NCBI GenBank assembly: GCA_964016885.1
Contig: OZ024740.1
Span: 274,846,001 to 274,910,000 of the forward strand
DNA: 64,000 nucleotides
Origin: Eledone cirrhosa
Lineage: Eukaryota
Direction of reading: 5' to 3'
Part shown: one piece after another, positions 38,058-49,488 of the stretch
Layout of the letters: each line of letters starts with the position of its first letter
Numbering within the stretch: position 1 is the stretch's first letter
Notes under the pieces: generated by a model
The model's database searches: none
What the model saw: the letters and a program-made list of their open reading frames with translations, nothing else
What the model was told of the DNA's origin: nothing
Made by a program: the position numbers and the translations under genes

Positions 38058-40100
38058 CGTCGTCAGACCGGGGGGATCATTTGATCCTGGTTTGAACACC
38101 AATTGGGCCATAACCATACCCCTATTTCATCATTCGGGGACACGCCTCATGTGTCATGCATAATGTGAATGGACCCATGGGCCCATGAGCACAGATCTTG
38201 AGCAACAGCGGACGGTCTTGTCGTCCCGCTCATCCTTGATCTTGACCAACCCATCCATCTTCTCCTTGCATCTTGTCCTTGAGTTCAAGTCCGGCAGTCC
38301 AGATGAATGCGTGCCACAGCTTTCTGGTACAGGAAGGGGGAGCAGGAGGACTGGAGGGATGACGGGACAGAGGGAGGGAGGACCGGTGGTTGAGGGAGGT
38401 GCCGTAGTCGGTGGTCAGAGTCGACATCTTTCCCGGTCGTCTTCTCCATCTTCCTCTGGTGTTGCGGGACCAGAAGTGCATTCTTGGAGGAGACCTGCAG
38501 CTGCATCGGCCAATTCTTCTTGCAATGGTCATTCTGACGGAGCAGAACTGCTCAGCCAACCAACCCCAACCAGAACCAACCGCTCAGGGGCAACGCACAA
38601 TGAGAGCATGACAATTATTATGCACTAATCAAGAAGATACTGGGGCATAGCACAGGAAACGAATAAAAAAATGTTGCCACTAATATTATTGTAAAATTTT
38701 TTATTTCTTGTCCAATTCTTTAAAGTTTTATCTTAGTTTCTTGTCCTATTCTTTTAAAGTTTTATGTTAGTTTCTTGTCGTGTATTTTTAAAGGTTTATA
38801 TTCCAACAATATTACTTTTTTTTGCTGTACGCATTTTTCTATCTGGTCTACTATTTTTTAAGGCAATGCAAGCAACAACTATCTAATAATTAAATGATCA
38901 TAGTGAATTACTGACAAGTGATTGACATTTTAAAGTTCTTTTGAGTATAATTGCAATCTAGTTGAGGCAACTGGCTTAATGACAAAGCTAGTAAATCATG
39001 AATGCATTTGAGATGATTAGTGCATAATAGTGAATTGGTGAAACTTGTGCATTTCAATGGTGTTACAACAATAGATGTAAGTTATATAGTAGTAATACTT
39101 TATCATTTTAACTTTTTAGAATGGACAAAAACCCATGCAAAGAAATGACTTTGACTGCAGTGATTCTCTCCAATTTATTTACAAAGCAAAACGTGGTCAA
39201 ATACCTTATCATCTCTGATAAAATGCCCATTGAATCACTGAAAATCGGATGCATGGAATTCCTCATAAAATGCACCTATGAATCGGAAGCCATCACATAT
39301 ATCAATGGATATAAGGAGTTGATCACACTGGAAGACCATCACTTCATTTGTGACTTCATCAGTTATCTCCACGATTATCTCAGACACCCAATGCCATTGA
39401 TGAGAGGTGATCCAATGTGTGAGCATGTAACTAATCTTATAGAAGTTGTTATCGACCACCTGGCTTTTAGTGACATTTGACTGAGTTGACTGATAATGAT
39501 GTATTTTTAATAAGTATGTGTACATTCTTGTTACTATTTTAAGGCAATGCAAGCAACAACTATTTAATAAAATTTAAATTTAAAAATGACCATTGTGCAT
39601 TACTAGTATGATGACATTTTATTAAGTCACAAAATTAGTCAGTCAGCCATAGAACAAGGATCAGGTGGCAAAAACATTGGCAAAAATTTGTGTCAATTTA
39701 AGATTTCCAACATTGTTCAAATGAATCATATCTGGTTTGAAGTCAGATTTGTCAAATTTTGACCAATTTTCAATGTTGTGAAGATTGGGCAAGTTCAATT
39801 TTTGAATCATTTCTTTCATGCAGTAATTAAACTTTTCCAAACGTCGTCATTTCTGGATTACCTCCCCTAGCGTCACGCTTACTACTCACTCACCTGAACA
39901 CAAGATTTATCAGCAAACTTTGATTATAAACTTTTTCCCGCTGGACCAAATTTCTAGATTTTTAAGCCAAAAGATGCGTAATGATCTACTGTTCATGCTC
40001 ATATAAGTTTTATCTCAGTTAAATAAAGTAGAGCCGCGCTGTACTGTCGTAAACAGACGATTGCCAACGAAAACACGACCACAACAATATTACTAAACGG
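38058..40100. other. ~2-kb insert of unknown class interrupting the CR1 RT
   Basis: CR1 reading ...ERDLGITVSSD stops near 40101 and resumes IS..VKKAEGVL near 38057; internal direct repeats at 38848/39531 and 38705-38800. Confidence 0.7.
39121..39480 (+). CDS. 119-aa ORF resembling the 3-box/BACK C-terminal region of SPOP-like BTB proteins
   Basis: SNL.T.QNV..YLI.SD.....LK..CMEFL........I....GYKEL parallels SPOP SNLSVENA..ILILAD.....LK..AVDFI......V....GWKSM (by eye); preceded by a GTAAGT...TTTTTAG intron-like segment. Confidence 0.55.
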   Translation: MDKNPCKEMTLTAVILSNLFTKQNVVKYLIISDKMPIESLKIGCMEFLIKCTYESEAITYINGYKELITLEDHHFICDFISYLHDYLRHPMPLMRGDPMCEHVTNLIEVVIDHLAFSDI

Positions 40101-41190
40101 ACTATCGCTGCTGACCGTAATGCCCAGGTCACGTTCACAAGAAGACTTTTTGATATTAGTGTTTTGGAGGGAGTATGTGGACGCTGGGCTTTTACTCCCA
40201 AAATGCATGGTGGTGCACTTGTCCACGGCTAGCTGGAGTTGCCAGTCTGTGATCCATTGTTGCACTATGTCCAGGTCAGGTTGCAGGCAAGATTTATAGT
40301 GTTCAGGATCTGTCCTTTTTATCTCAAGGTACAGCTTGATGTCATCTGCATATTTCAGTACTGTGGCATTCTTTAAGTTGGCATCTATGTCATTAATATA
40401 TGCCACAAACAAAAGGGGGCCAAGAGCAGATCCCTGTGATACACCAGATGACATCTCCTATGGTGAGGAATGCTGTCCCAGAACCGTGACTACCTCTCTT
40501 CGACTGAAAATGAAGGGCTTCAACCAGTTAGAAAGATCATCCTTCACATCCATTGCAGAGAATTTTGCCATAAGCTTTTTGTGTGGCACAGAATTGAAAG
40601 CTTTAGCAAAGTCAAGGTAAACAACATCCACCCATGAGCCGCCATCAGTGATCCAAGTGATGTCTTCAAGAAACTCGATAAGTTGGTAACAGCAGCTGGA
40701 GTTAGGGATAAATCCAAATTGCGAGGGCCGGATAAGACTGTGAGAGTTCCAGAAGTTCCAAAGTGTTTCTCTGACACAGGATTCCATCAGTTTGGCAATG
40801 CAGCTAGTAAGACTGACTGGACGATAGTTCACAGGTGATGTGCGGTCACCCTTTTTGAACAGAGAAATGACACTAGCAGTTTTCCACTGTTCTGGAGTAG
40901 CACCGTTGTTCAGACAAAATTGGAAGAAGCGTGATAACTGGTGCAGAAGGAAGTACCCACCACGTTTGAGAAGCAGGTACGTAACACCATCAAGACCAGT
41001 AGAGGCATGGTTACGTTTATTTTTAAGGTGACGTGAGCAGTTTGGAGATGGTTGTGGTTTTTGTTACTGCCTATGAGGGATAGATTGGCAATGATCAGCA
41101 GTAACACTAATAACCGTTTCAGGAGTAGTGGTGAAGAGTAGGTCCAAAGTGTTGTCACCTCTTGTTGGGGAGGTGACTACTTGGGACCAA
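40101..41190 (-). mobile_element. CR1-clade LINE RT core (5' part of the split element)
   Basis: NYRPVSLTS...KLME, QFGF, VDVVYLDFAKAF.SVPH, SGVSQGS.LGPLLF..YIND, YADD. Confidence 0.92.
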
Positions 41191-41637
41191 TTCGAGTCCA
41201 GCTCTTTAAAGAATGGGGATTCTTTGAAAAAACTATACTTAGAGAAAAATACATAGTGACAAAAGCAGGTACAAAAGCAGGCACTCCTTATTTTTCAAGG
41301 TTCAATTATGCTAAGTTGGCAAAAGGTTTTTCTTTAAGAGGCTGCATTAACATGCTGTGTTAAAGTCTACAAAATATATATATGCAGTTAGATTAACCGA
41401 ACGAGTCAGTTGGTGAGTATTTTGTTTTGCTAATAAATCTGATAGAAAACAAAGGAATCCATACTGTATATTTCTACGTAAAAATGCATGTTTACTGAGT
41501 TTCCCGAAAGGAGAAAGAGCTGCACTTTCTTTATCAACAGTAAAATCCTGAAATGTAAAGTGTCTTTCGGTCACTGAGTGTCGGACTAGATATCAAATCC
41601 ATGAATAACAATTCTAAATCCGACCGCTAAAGTGATG

Positions 41638-41840
41638 TACGAAGGTGAGTTGAAAAGGTCATAGATTGACTATGAAGGAATGATGCTAGAGCTGAGAAAT
41701 CTTGCATGCATTAATATCAATTCCTCTTATTAATAACTGCATTATTTTTTTTCCAAGGACTATGTTGAAAAATAAACCTCATTTGCCCATTCCATGAGAG
41801 TATCTTGGTCCAACTTTGAACATTTCAGCCGACCCTCGTA
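41638..41840. mobile_element. ~200-bp mariner-derived MITE
   Basis: TACGAAGGT..GTTGAAAAG.TCA...TGAACATTTCAGCCGACCCTCGTA; inverted relative at 42258-42457. Confidence 0.7.
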
Positions 41841-41934
41841 TGAATTTGAAAACAAGATTTTTTGAACATAAGTGAAGAGTTATTGTAAATGATGTACCTT
41901 TGAAGAGAAGGTAGTATTTTATTAGTATCCAAGG

Positions 41935-42121
41935 CTGGCATGTCAAACTGAGGGTCCCCCGAGGGCCACATAGGTCACATATGTGTTGTCTGAGGGCCAC
42001 ACACGACAACTAAATGCGCACATTACAACTAATTTTCCGAAGATAAAACATGCTCGCACTGTAAAGACCTTTGCGCGGGCCGCAGGTGTGTTTGTAAAGG
42101 GCTGCATGTTTGACATGCCTG
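41935..42121. mobile_element. hAT-type MITE
   Basis: TIRs C.GGCATGTCAAAC/GTTTGACATGCCTG, subterminal GGGCC.CA motifs, imperfect 8-bp flanks ATCCAAGG/ATTTCAGG. Confidence 0.72.
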
Positions 42122-42257
42122 ATTTCAGGTATAAATATTGAAGGCAAACGTCAAAGATCGTTGCGTCGTTAGAATAAATAGATTTACTAAATTATAGTAT
42201 TCATTATAAGCCTTCGCATTTTGAGTACAAATTCTGCCAAACGTCGACTGTCATATA

Positions 42258-42457
42258 TGACGATCGACAGAAAAGTTCATAGGCTGACCAAGATACTCTC
42301 ATGGAATGACCAAATGAGGTTTATTTTTCAACATAGTCCCTGGAAAGAAACAAGGCAGTTATTAATAAGACGAATTGAAATTAATGCATGCAATATTCCG
42401 CAGCTGTAGCATCATTCCTTCATAGTCAGCTTATTAACTATTCAGCCCACCCACGTA
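42258..42457. mobile_element. ~200-bp mariner-derived MITE, inverted copy
   Basis: Diverged reverse complement of 41638-41840. Confidence 0.68.
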
Positions 42458-42680
42458 TTTAGAGCCACAATGTCCAACATGGGGTAAGTTTTCCCGAAAG
42501 CTAAGGGCTGGAGTGGAGGGAGTTTCAATATTTTAGAGGAAAATTTGAGGATTCCAATGGAGAATTATTTTTAAGGCTGAAAAATTCCTTATTAATAACA
42601 GGTTTCTTTATGTATGGAAATGTTGATAACACCGAGTTTTAAAGCAAAACTTGGTCAGGACGATTTAAGTTCAAAAATCA

Positions 42681-43216
42681 ATAATTATTTCTACTTTAGG
42701 CACAAGGCCAGCAATTACCCAGTGCATTACTGATACTTTATTTCATCGACCCCGTAAGGATGAAAGGAAAAGTCAACCTCGGCGGGATTTGAACTCAGAT
42801 CGTAAAGGGACGTAACTATGTTGGAATGCATGGCGTCCGATCCTCTACCGATACTGCGAATCCACCGCCCTTCGAAAATCAATAATATTGACGGTTTGGA
42901 CTTTACCACAATTCATTCAGGCTTTCAATAGACAATTGACGTTCAGGGGGCATGGCTTGCGGCATTTCAGTTACAAATAGAGGAAAGGGCTGTGTTATTA
43001 TTGTTAGATGGATTTGTAGAATAAATAATTGTTTCTACTTTTAGCACAAGGCCAGCAAATATCCCAGTACATTACTGGTACTCTATTTTATCGACCCCGT
43101 AAGGATGAAAGGCAAAGTTAACCCCGGCGGGATTTGAACTCAGTCCGTAAAGGGACGTAACTGTGCTGCAAAGCATGGCGTCCGACCCTCTACCGATACT
43201 GCCAATCCACCGCCTA
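42681..43216 (-). mobile_element. Two young full-length copies of the main SINE (42681-42870, 43024-43216)
   Basis: Complete family sequence from the GGCGGTGGATT head to the AGTAGAAA.AATTATT tail. Confidence 0.88.
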
Positions 43217-43496
43217 TTTGTAGAATAAATAATATTTATGGAACTGGTAACTATTTACAAAATGTTCTCTTTAATGATATTTTTATTAAAAAGCTATTGA
43301 TATCTAACGGTATATCGAAAAACAAGAAAACATTGAATTTAAGATGACTTTGACAATGAGGTGTGAAAAGTAATACTATATACTGGACTATATGACAAAC
43401 AATAGCATTGTCTTTGTTTACGCTTGGAAAAAATATTGGTGTAGATTCTTACCAACTGCTCCATTCATCTCATTTCCATGATGGCTGATAAAAGCA

Positions 43497-43527
<31 letters not shown>

Positions 43528-43607
43528 CTTCTTCTTCTTCTTCTTCTTCTTCTTCTTCTTCTCTCTCCGTATCTCTCTATATCTATCTATCTATCTATCT
43601 ATCTATA

Positions 43608-43911
43608 TGAAAGGTGGGTGAAAGTGGCGAGAATGGCCCGAGTGAATGGGCCTTCTCTCTATATCAGCCTGTAGGTTGAGGAAAAGGAGGAGGAGAGGAA
43701 AGGAGTACAAGCTCTTCGTACTCCTGGAGATGAGGGTTGCACATTTTTTTTCGGGGGTATGTGTTACCCATATAAACTGTCTCCCTCTATTGGGGAAAAT
43801 CGACTAACTTTTAAATTCAATCTGTGATAACATTTTACACGTTTTTATTGTATGTAAACTTCCCCCTTTGTATTTGTCCCCTTCTTTTGTGCCCCTGTGG
43901 CTAATAAAGAA
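43608..43911 (+). mobile_element. Short Tx1 3' end in (TATC)n
   Basis: Matches 55614-55903; ends GTGGCTAATAAAGAAA; (CTAT)n on both sides. Confidence 0.8.
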
Positions 43912-44486
43912 ATATATCTATCTATCTATCTATCTATTTATCTATCTTTTATTCTACCTTCCACTGAAGGACTTTCTCCCGAAACGTTAAGACTTCCAAA
44001 TATATTAAGTGTTAAATTGATATATCATCATATTATTATATTGTTCTCCTGCCTGTGTTATTTATATACATTTTGTATATAGGTGTGGTTGTAGGTGGGA
44101 CGGTCTATGTGTGTATTGTATTTTACATTTGTCCTCTAATCACTGTATCTGATTTGATTAATTTGACAAAAATCTGTATGACCTTTGACACATAACAAGA
44201 ATCAGTAGATATAAATTAAAAATAACTTTCCGGAAAAAAAACAAAAGATTGTGAATAATTTTGCTTTTAATCATAACGTATGTTTGTCTTAGATTTCATT
44301 TTCCTATTACATACATACATACATACACATATACATACACACACATACATGCACACACATACACATACACACACACATACACACGTACACACACATATTT
44401 ATGATTGAGCGCGTGTGAGTGTATGCGTGCAGGTATGTATATGTATGTACTTAGATACACGCAAACGCATGCACGCACACACACAC

Positions 44487-44555
<69 letters not shown>

Positions 44556-44588
44556 TATATATATGTATATATAAATATATATATATAA

Positions 44589-44653
<65 letters not shown>

Positions 44654-44713
44654 TCTATATATAAATATATAAATTTGTGTAATATATAATATGTGTATGT
44701 GTGTCTATGCGTG

Positions 44714-44744
<31 letters not shown>

Positions 44745-45231
44745 ATGTATGTATGTATGTTTGTATACACACACAAACATGTAACATGGATGTTTTAGAT
44801 CTATCTATCTGTTCAGTTTTCATTACCAATTTCGGAAAATATCAGAATCTCGTATTTAGGCATTGAATAAATGAATAATTATCATTGGCATTATCACTGA
44901 GAGGCCATCACTTGTTTAGCCGCACGGCACGCAGAAATGGTGTATAATTATTTCACGGCTTGCTTCGCTGGCTGATATTGGCAGACGATAAGCTCACTAC
45001 AATGTAAGATCAGCAGCTTTAATCAACGAGATAAGAATGACAGCAATAGAAGGAAGAAAAGAAGGAAGGAAAGAAAGAAAGAAAGAAAGATAGATTGAAA
45101 GATGGAAAGGACGGGTGGGAGGAAGGAAAGGAGAGGGGAAGGAAAGAAGGATGACAGTGACAGCAATAATGGCAATGATGAATAAGACAAAAGAAAGAAG
45201 ACAGTAATCTGAGAGAGAGAGAGAAAATAAT

Positions 45232-45660
45232 ATGATGATGGTGGTGGTCGTGGTGGTGATGATGGTGATGGTGGTGGTGGTGGTGGTGGTGGCGGTGGTC
45301 ATGGTGGTGGTGGTGGTGGTGGTGGTGGTGGTGGTGGTGGTGGTGGTGGTGGTGGTGATGGTGGTGATGGTCTTGGTGGTGGTGGTGATGGTGGTGATGG
45401 TGGTGGTGGTGGTGGTGGCGGTGGTGATGGTGGTGGTGGTGGTGGTCTTGGTGGTGGTGGTGATGGTGGTGGTGGTGGTGGTGATGGTGGTGATGGTGGT
45501 GGTGGTGATGGTGGTGATGGTGGTGGTGGTGTTAGTGGTGGTGGTGTTAGTGGTGGTGGTGGTTTCTGTGGTGAAGATGGTGCAGACGTCGAAGAAGAAG
45601 TAGCAGAAGAAGAAGAAGAAGAAGAAGAAGAAGAAGAAGAAGAAGAAGAAGAAGAAGAGA
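45232..45660. repeat. (GGT/GAT)n and (GAA)n microsatellites
   Basis: Visible directly. Confidence 0.95.
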
Positions 45661-45964
45661 GAAGGTGGGGGAGGAGGAGGAGGTTCATCATCATTATTAT
45701 CTCGAATATTAGAATCAATATGATGATGATCATCATCATCATTATCATCATCAACATCGTCATATTGGTTACGATGATGAAGAATAGATGACAGAAATTT
45801 TAGAAATTCTCGTAAAAAGAAAAGAAGAGGGAATGGAATCAAATTCATCATCAAATCACAAAACATTAACGAATATGATGTCAAGGAAAGGATAAGGAGG
45901 GTGCTGATCGTCAAATCGGACCGAGGAATCAATGTTTCCCTCTGACTTCCCATTGCTGATCCTA

Positions 45965-46342
45965 TAAATTATTAACCATCTTGCCAACAACAACCCTGAG
46001 TACCTTTTTGATTTCCATGTGTCTAACACACGTGGACATGCCTACAAAGTCAGAAAACAGCACAGCTCCCATGACTTACGGAATCATTTTTTCACACTCA
46101 GAGTTGCTGAAGCATGGAACAAACTACCTGCATCAGTTGTTAGCTGTCGAGACACTACATCCTTTAAAACATCCATGTTTCCTGAAATTCGCTAACACTG
46201 CACCTGATATTCCCCCTCCACGCATACATGTATTTCATGACTCATACACTGTTCACTTTCCTGGCATTTGTACATTATTCTATGTACTATACATGCACCT
46301 TTGATGAGTTGTAGTGCACCTGAGCATTGTACACAATCATTT
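45965..46342 (+). mobile_element. CR1 3' fragment, same family as 37356-38057
   Basis: High reverse-complement similarity to 37365-37755; ends in (ATT)n. Confidence 0.88.
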
Positions 46343-46361
46343 CATTATTATTATTATTATT

Positions 46362-47640
46362 GTTCTTTGAGTCTCAGTTATTGATGTTATTTAACTGGAA
46401 AGTTTATTGTAATGAATATCAAGCCACTACCTGCAGCCTCAGATATTCAAGGCGTATCGGAGGGTTCTTGCTGTTCCCAGCAAGCATGTCTTTTGAAGTG
46501 TTCCAAAAAGCGGGGCTGGACTAATTTTCTTTAACCATCCTTGAAAAATCTTTGAGATAGTACCTAGTGCGCCTATGACAATCGGGACCACTTTGACTTC
46601 ATGGCAGTTCCAAATCCTTTTTACCTCCCACTTGAAGTCCTGGTATCGGTTAATTTTCTCCCTCTCCTTCTCTTGCACTCTCATGTCAAATGGGCAGGCT
46701 ACATCTACAATCAGGCACGATCTTTTTTCCTTGTCCAAAACCACCAGGTCAGGTCTATTGTGTTCCAGTTTCTTGTCCGTCTGTATCCTAAATTCCCACA
46801 GCACCTTCACCTGATCGTGTTCTATCACCGCCTCTGGCTTATGCTCATACCACTTCTCAGAATGTGGTAAATTGTTTACTTTGCATAGGTGCCAGTGGTT
46901 CACCCTGCCTATCACATCATGTCTCCAGCCTTTATAGTGAGTCTGGGCTAGGTGTTTACACTCGGATACAATGTGAGCCACAGTCTCCTCTCTCTCTCCA
47001 CAGATCCTGCACAGTGGGCTAGCCTCCTCCTTGTAAATATGGTGTTTCAACCACTTCGTTTTGAGGGCCTGCTCTTGCGCAGCCATTAACATTCCTTCTG
47101 TAGCCTTCTTAAGGTCTCCTCTTTTCAACCAGTTCCATGTCTGTGGATCTCTGAATTCCGTTTTCTCAAAGAAGGTACTATGAAAGGATTTTTCATGAAG
47201 GCTGCCCTTTCTCCTTGATGTTATTTCCTCCTTGGACATCTCCTGGCCTATTGTCCCCTCCTTCAGTACAGTTCTGAGCATTGGCTCCTTACTATCAGTC
47301 ACGTATTTGTGTAGGTTGTTTTTCTCCATCTGAACACAGTCCTCTATGCTGATAAGACCTCTTCCACCCTCAGATCTCCTTAAGTAGAGTCTATCGACAT
47401 CACTCCTCTTTTGGAACATGTTGTAGATAGTCAATAGCTTCCTAGTCTTCCTATCCATTTCTTTCTGTTCAGCAACATTCCATCTCAGAATTCCTGCACT
47501 GTACCTAATAACAGACACAGCTCGGGAATTTACTGCACTTATGGCATTCCTACTGTTCAGATGTGACTTTAATACGCTCCTTACTCTCCGAATGTATTCA
47601 GTTCTTATCAATTCCTTCATTTTTTTGTTCTTGATGTCAT
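46362..47640 (-). mobile_element. R4/Dong-type non-LTR retrotransposon (RT C-terminus, CCHC finger, restriction-like endonuclease), 5'-truncated
   Basis: ORF 46439-47620: RLYL.R.EGGRGL, CRIC....ET..HI.SEC, RHD, NRPDL...D......D.ACP...E.EK...Y; (TAA)n on both sides. Confidence 0.9.
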
Positions 47641-47660
47641 TTATTATTATTATTATTATT

Positions 47661-48769
47661 ACAGTTGCATTTATCTTGCTTTATGTTCATACGAGTTATC
47701 ACCAAGTCACAACCAGTGACCTCAAGAGACAACAAGGTCCGCCATGTTCAAGAAAGAACATACATACTCACACATGCATCTTTAGTGTTTGGACTTGTGA
47801 TGTACTTATATTGACAGAATCTTCCTTAGTATATGGGCAGTTTCCATTAGTACTATCTTTTGTATTTCTCCTATACGCGGGTTTCCTGGGATTTGCGATA
47901 AGTAGTCGTTAGACCCCTTAGGTATCATTCCCAGAGCGCCTACAACCACTGGTATTGTTTTAGTTCTCAATTTCCACATTTTTCCAATTTCTATCTCCAG
48001 GTCCTTATACTTGCTCAATTTTTCAAATGTTTTTATAGATACATTCTTGTCTATTGGAACGGACATATCAATTAGCAGGCATACCCTCTTTTTAAAGTCC
48101 TTCAATATTATATCAGGTCTATTTGCATCTATTTTTCGGTCTGTTTGGATGCTAAAGTTCCACAAGATTGAGATGTGATCTTTTTCAAGTATGGGAGGTG
48201 GTTGATGCTCCCACCAATTCTTTTGATAGGGCAGGTCAAAATGCTTACACATTATCCAATGTATGTATTGTGCAGCTCTGTCATGCCTATTTAGGTATTC
48301 GGTTGGAGCTATAGGACTGCACATTGAAATTATATGGTCAATGGTCTCTGGTTGTTTTTTGCATACACGGCATAATGGGCTGCATCCATTTTTTATTATG
48401 TTGGCTTGGTAATTTTTTGTTGGCAGACACTGATCTTGTGCTGATATAATTAGTCCTTGAGTCTCCGATTTCAGTCCAGAGGATGCCAACCACTGATGGG
48501 TTAAAGTTTTGTCAACATCAGGATTGTTAGCTCGCTCTGGGTATTTTCCATACAGAGGCTTTTCTTGCCATTTCTTAGCCAATTTCTGTAGCAGTTCTTT
48601 CTTTGCAGTTATTTTTACCTGCTTTGTTTTTCTGTGTTTTCCATTTCAGCAGTAAATGGGACTTCTGGAATGTGTAGTCCATTACTGTATCTTTGTGCAT
48701 CTTTTATAATGGAGTATGATCTTTTGATGCTTTCGTGTTTCAAAACGAGTTTGATCATCCAATCATTTG

Positions 48770-48770
<1 letters not shown>
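47661..48770 (-). mobile_element. Second, divergent R4/Dong-type element, 5'-truncated
   Basis: ORF 47806-48582: CRVC....ET.DHI.S.C, RHD, NRPDI...D......D..VP.D.N.....EKL.KY; different 3' UTR; (TAA)n flanks. Confidence 0.9.
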
Positions 48771-48800
<30 letters not shown>

Positions 48801-48807
48801 GTTATTA

Positions 48808-49433
48808 CTCTTTGAGTCTCAGTCATTGATGTTAGTTAACTGGAAAGTTTGTTGAGATGAATATCAAGCCACTACCTGCAGCCTCAGATATTCAGGACGT
48901 ATCGGAGGGTTCTTGCTGTTCCCAGCAAGCATGTCTTTTGAAGCGTTCCAAAAAGCGTGAAGGGGCCAATTTTCTTTAACCATCCCTGGAAACGTTTTGA
49001 GATAGTACCTAGTGCGCCTATGACAATCGGGATCACTTTGACTTCATGGCAGTTCCAAATCCTTTTTACCTCCCTCTTTAAGTCCTGGTATCGGTTAATT
49101 TTCTCCCTCTCCTTCTCTTGCACTCTCGTGTCGAATGGGCAGGCCACATCCACAATCAGGCACGATCTTTTTTCTTTGTCCCAAACCACCAGGTCAGGTC
49201 TATTGTGTTCCAGTTTCTTGTCTGTCTGTATCCTAAAATCCCACAGCACCTTCACCTGATCGTTTTCTATCACCGCCTCTGGCTTATGCTCATACCACTT
49301 CTCAGAATGTGGTAAATTGTTTACTTTGCATAGGTGCCAGTGGATCACCCTGCCCATCACATCATGTCTCCAGCCCTTATAGTGGGTCTGGGCTAGGTGT
49401 TTACACTCGGACACAATGTGAGCCACAGTCTCC
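48808..49433 (-). mobile_element. Third R4/Dong-type copy, close relative of the first
   Basis: ORF 48884-49426 nearly identical to the C-terminus of 46439-47620; (TAA)n flanks. Confidence 0.9.

Positions 49434-49488
<55 letters not shown>

Noticed and set aside
38185-38628. Overlapping GC-rich ORFs in the insert
   Set aside because: No recognisable domain in any frame; covered only as part of the insert finding.
44997-45953. 318-aa minus-strand ORF resembling a membrane mucin
   Set aside because: Built mostly of (ACC)n, (TTC)n and (GAT)n runs; the unique part matches nothing I recognise.
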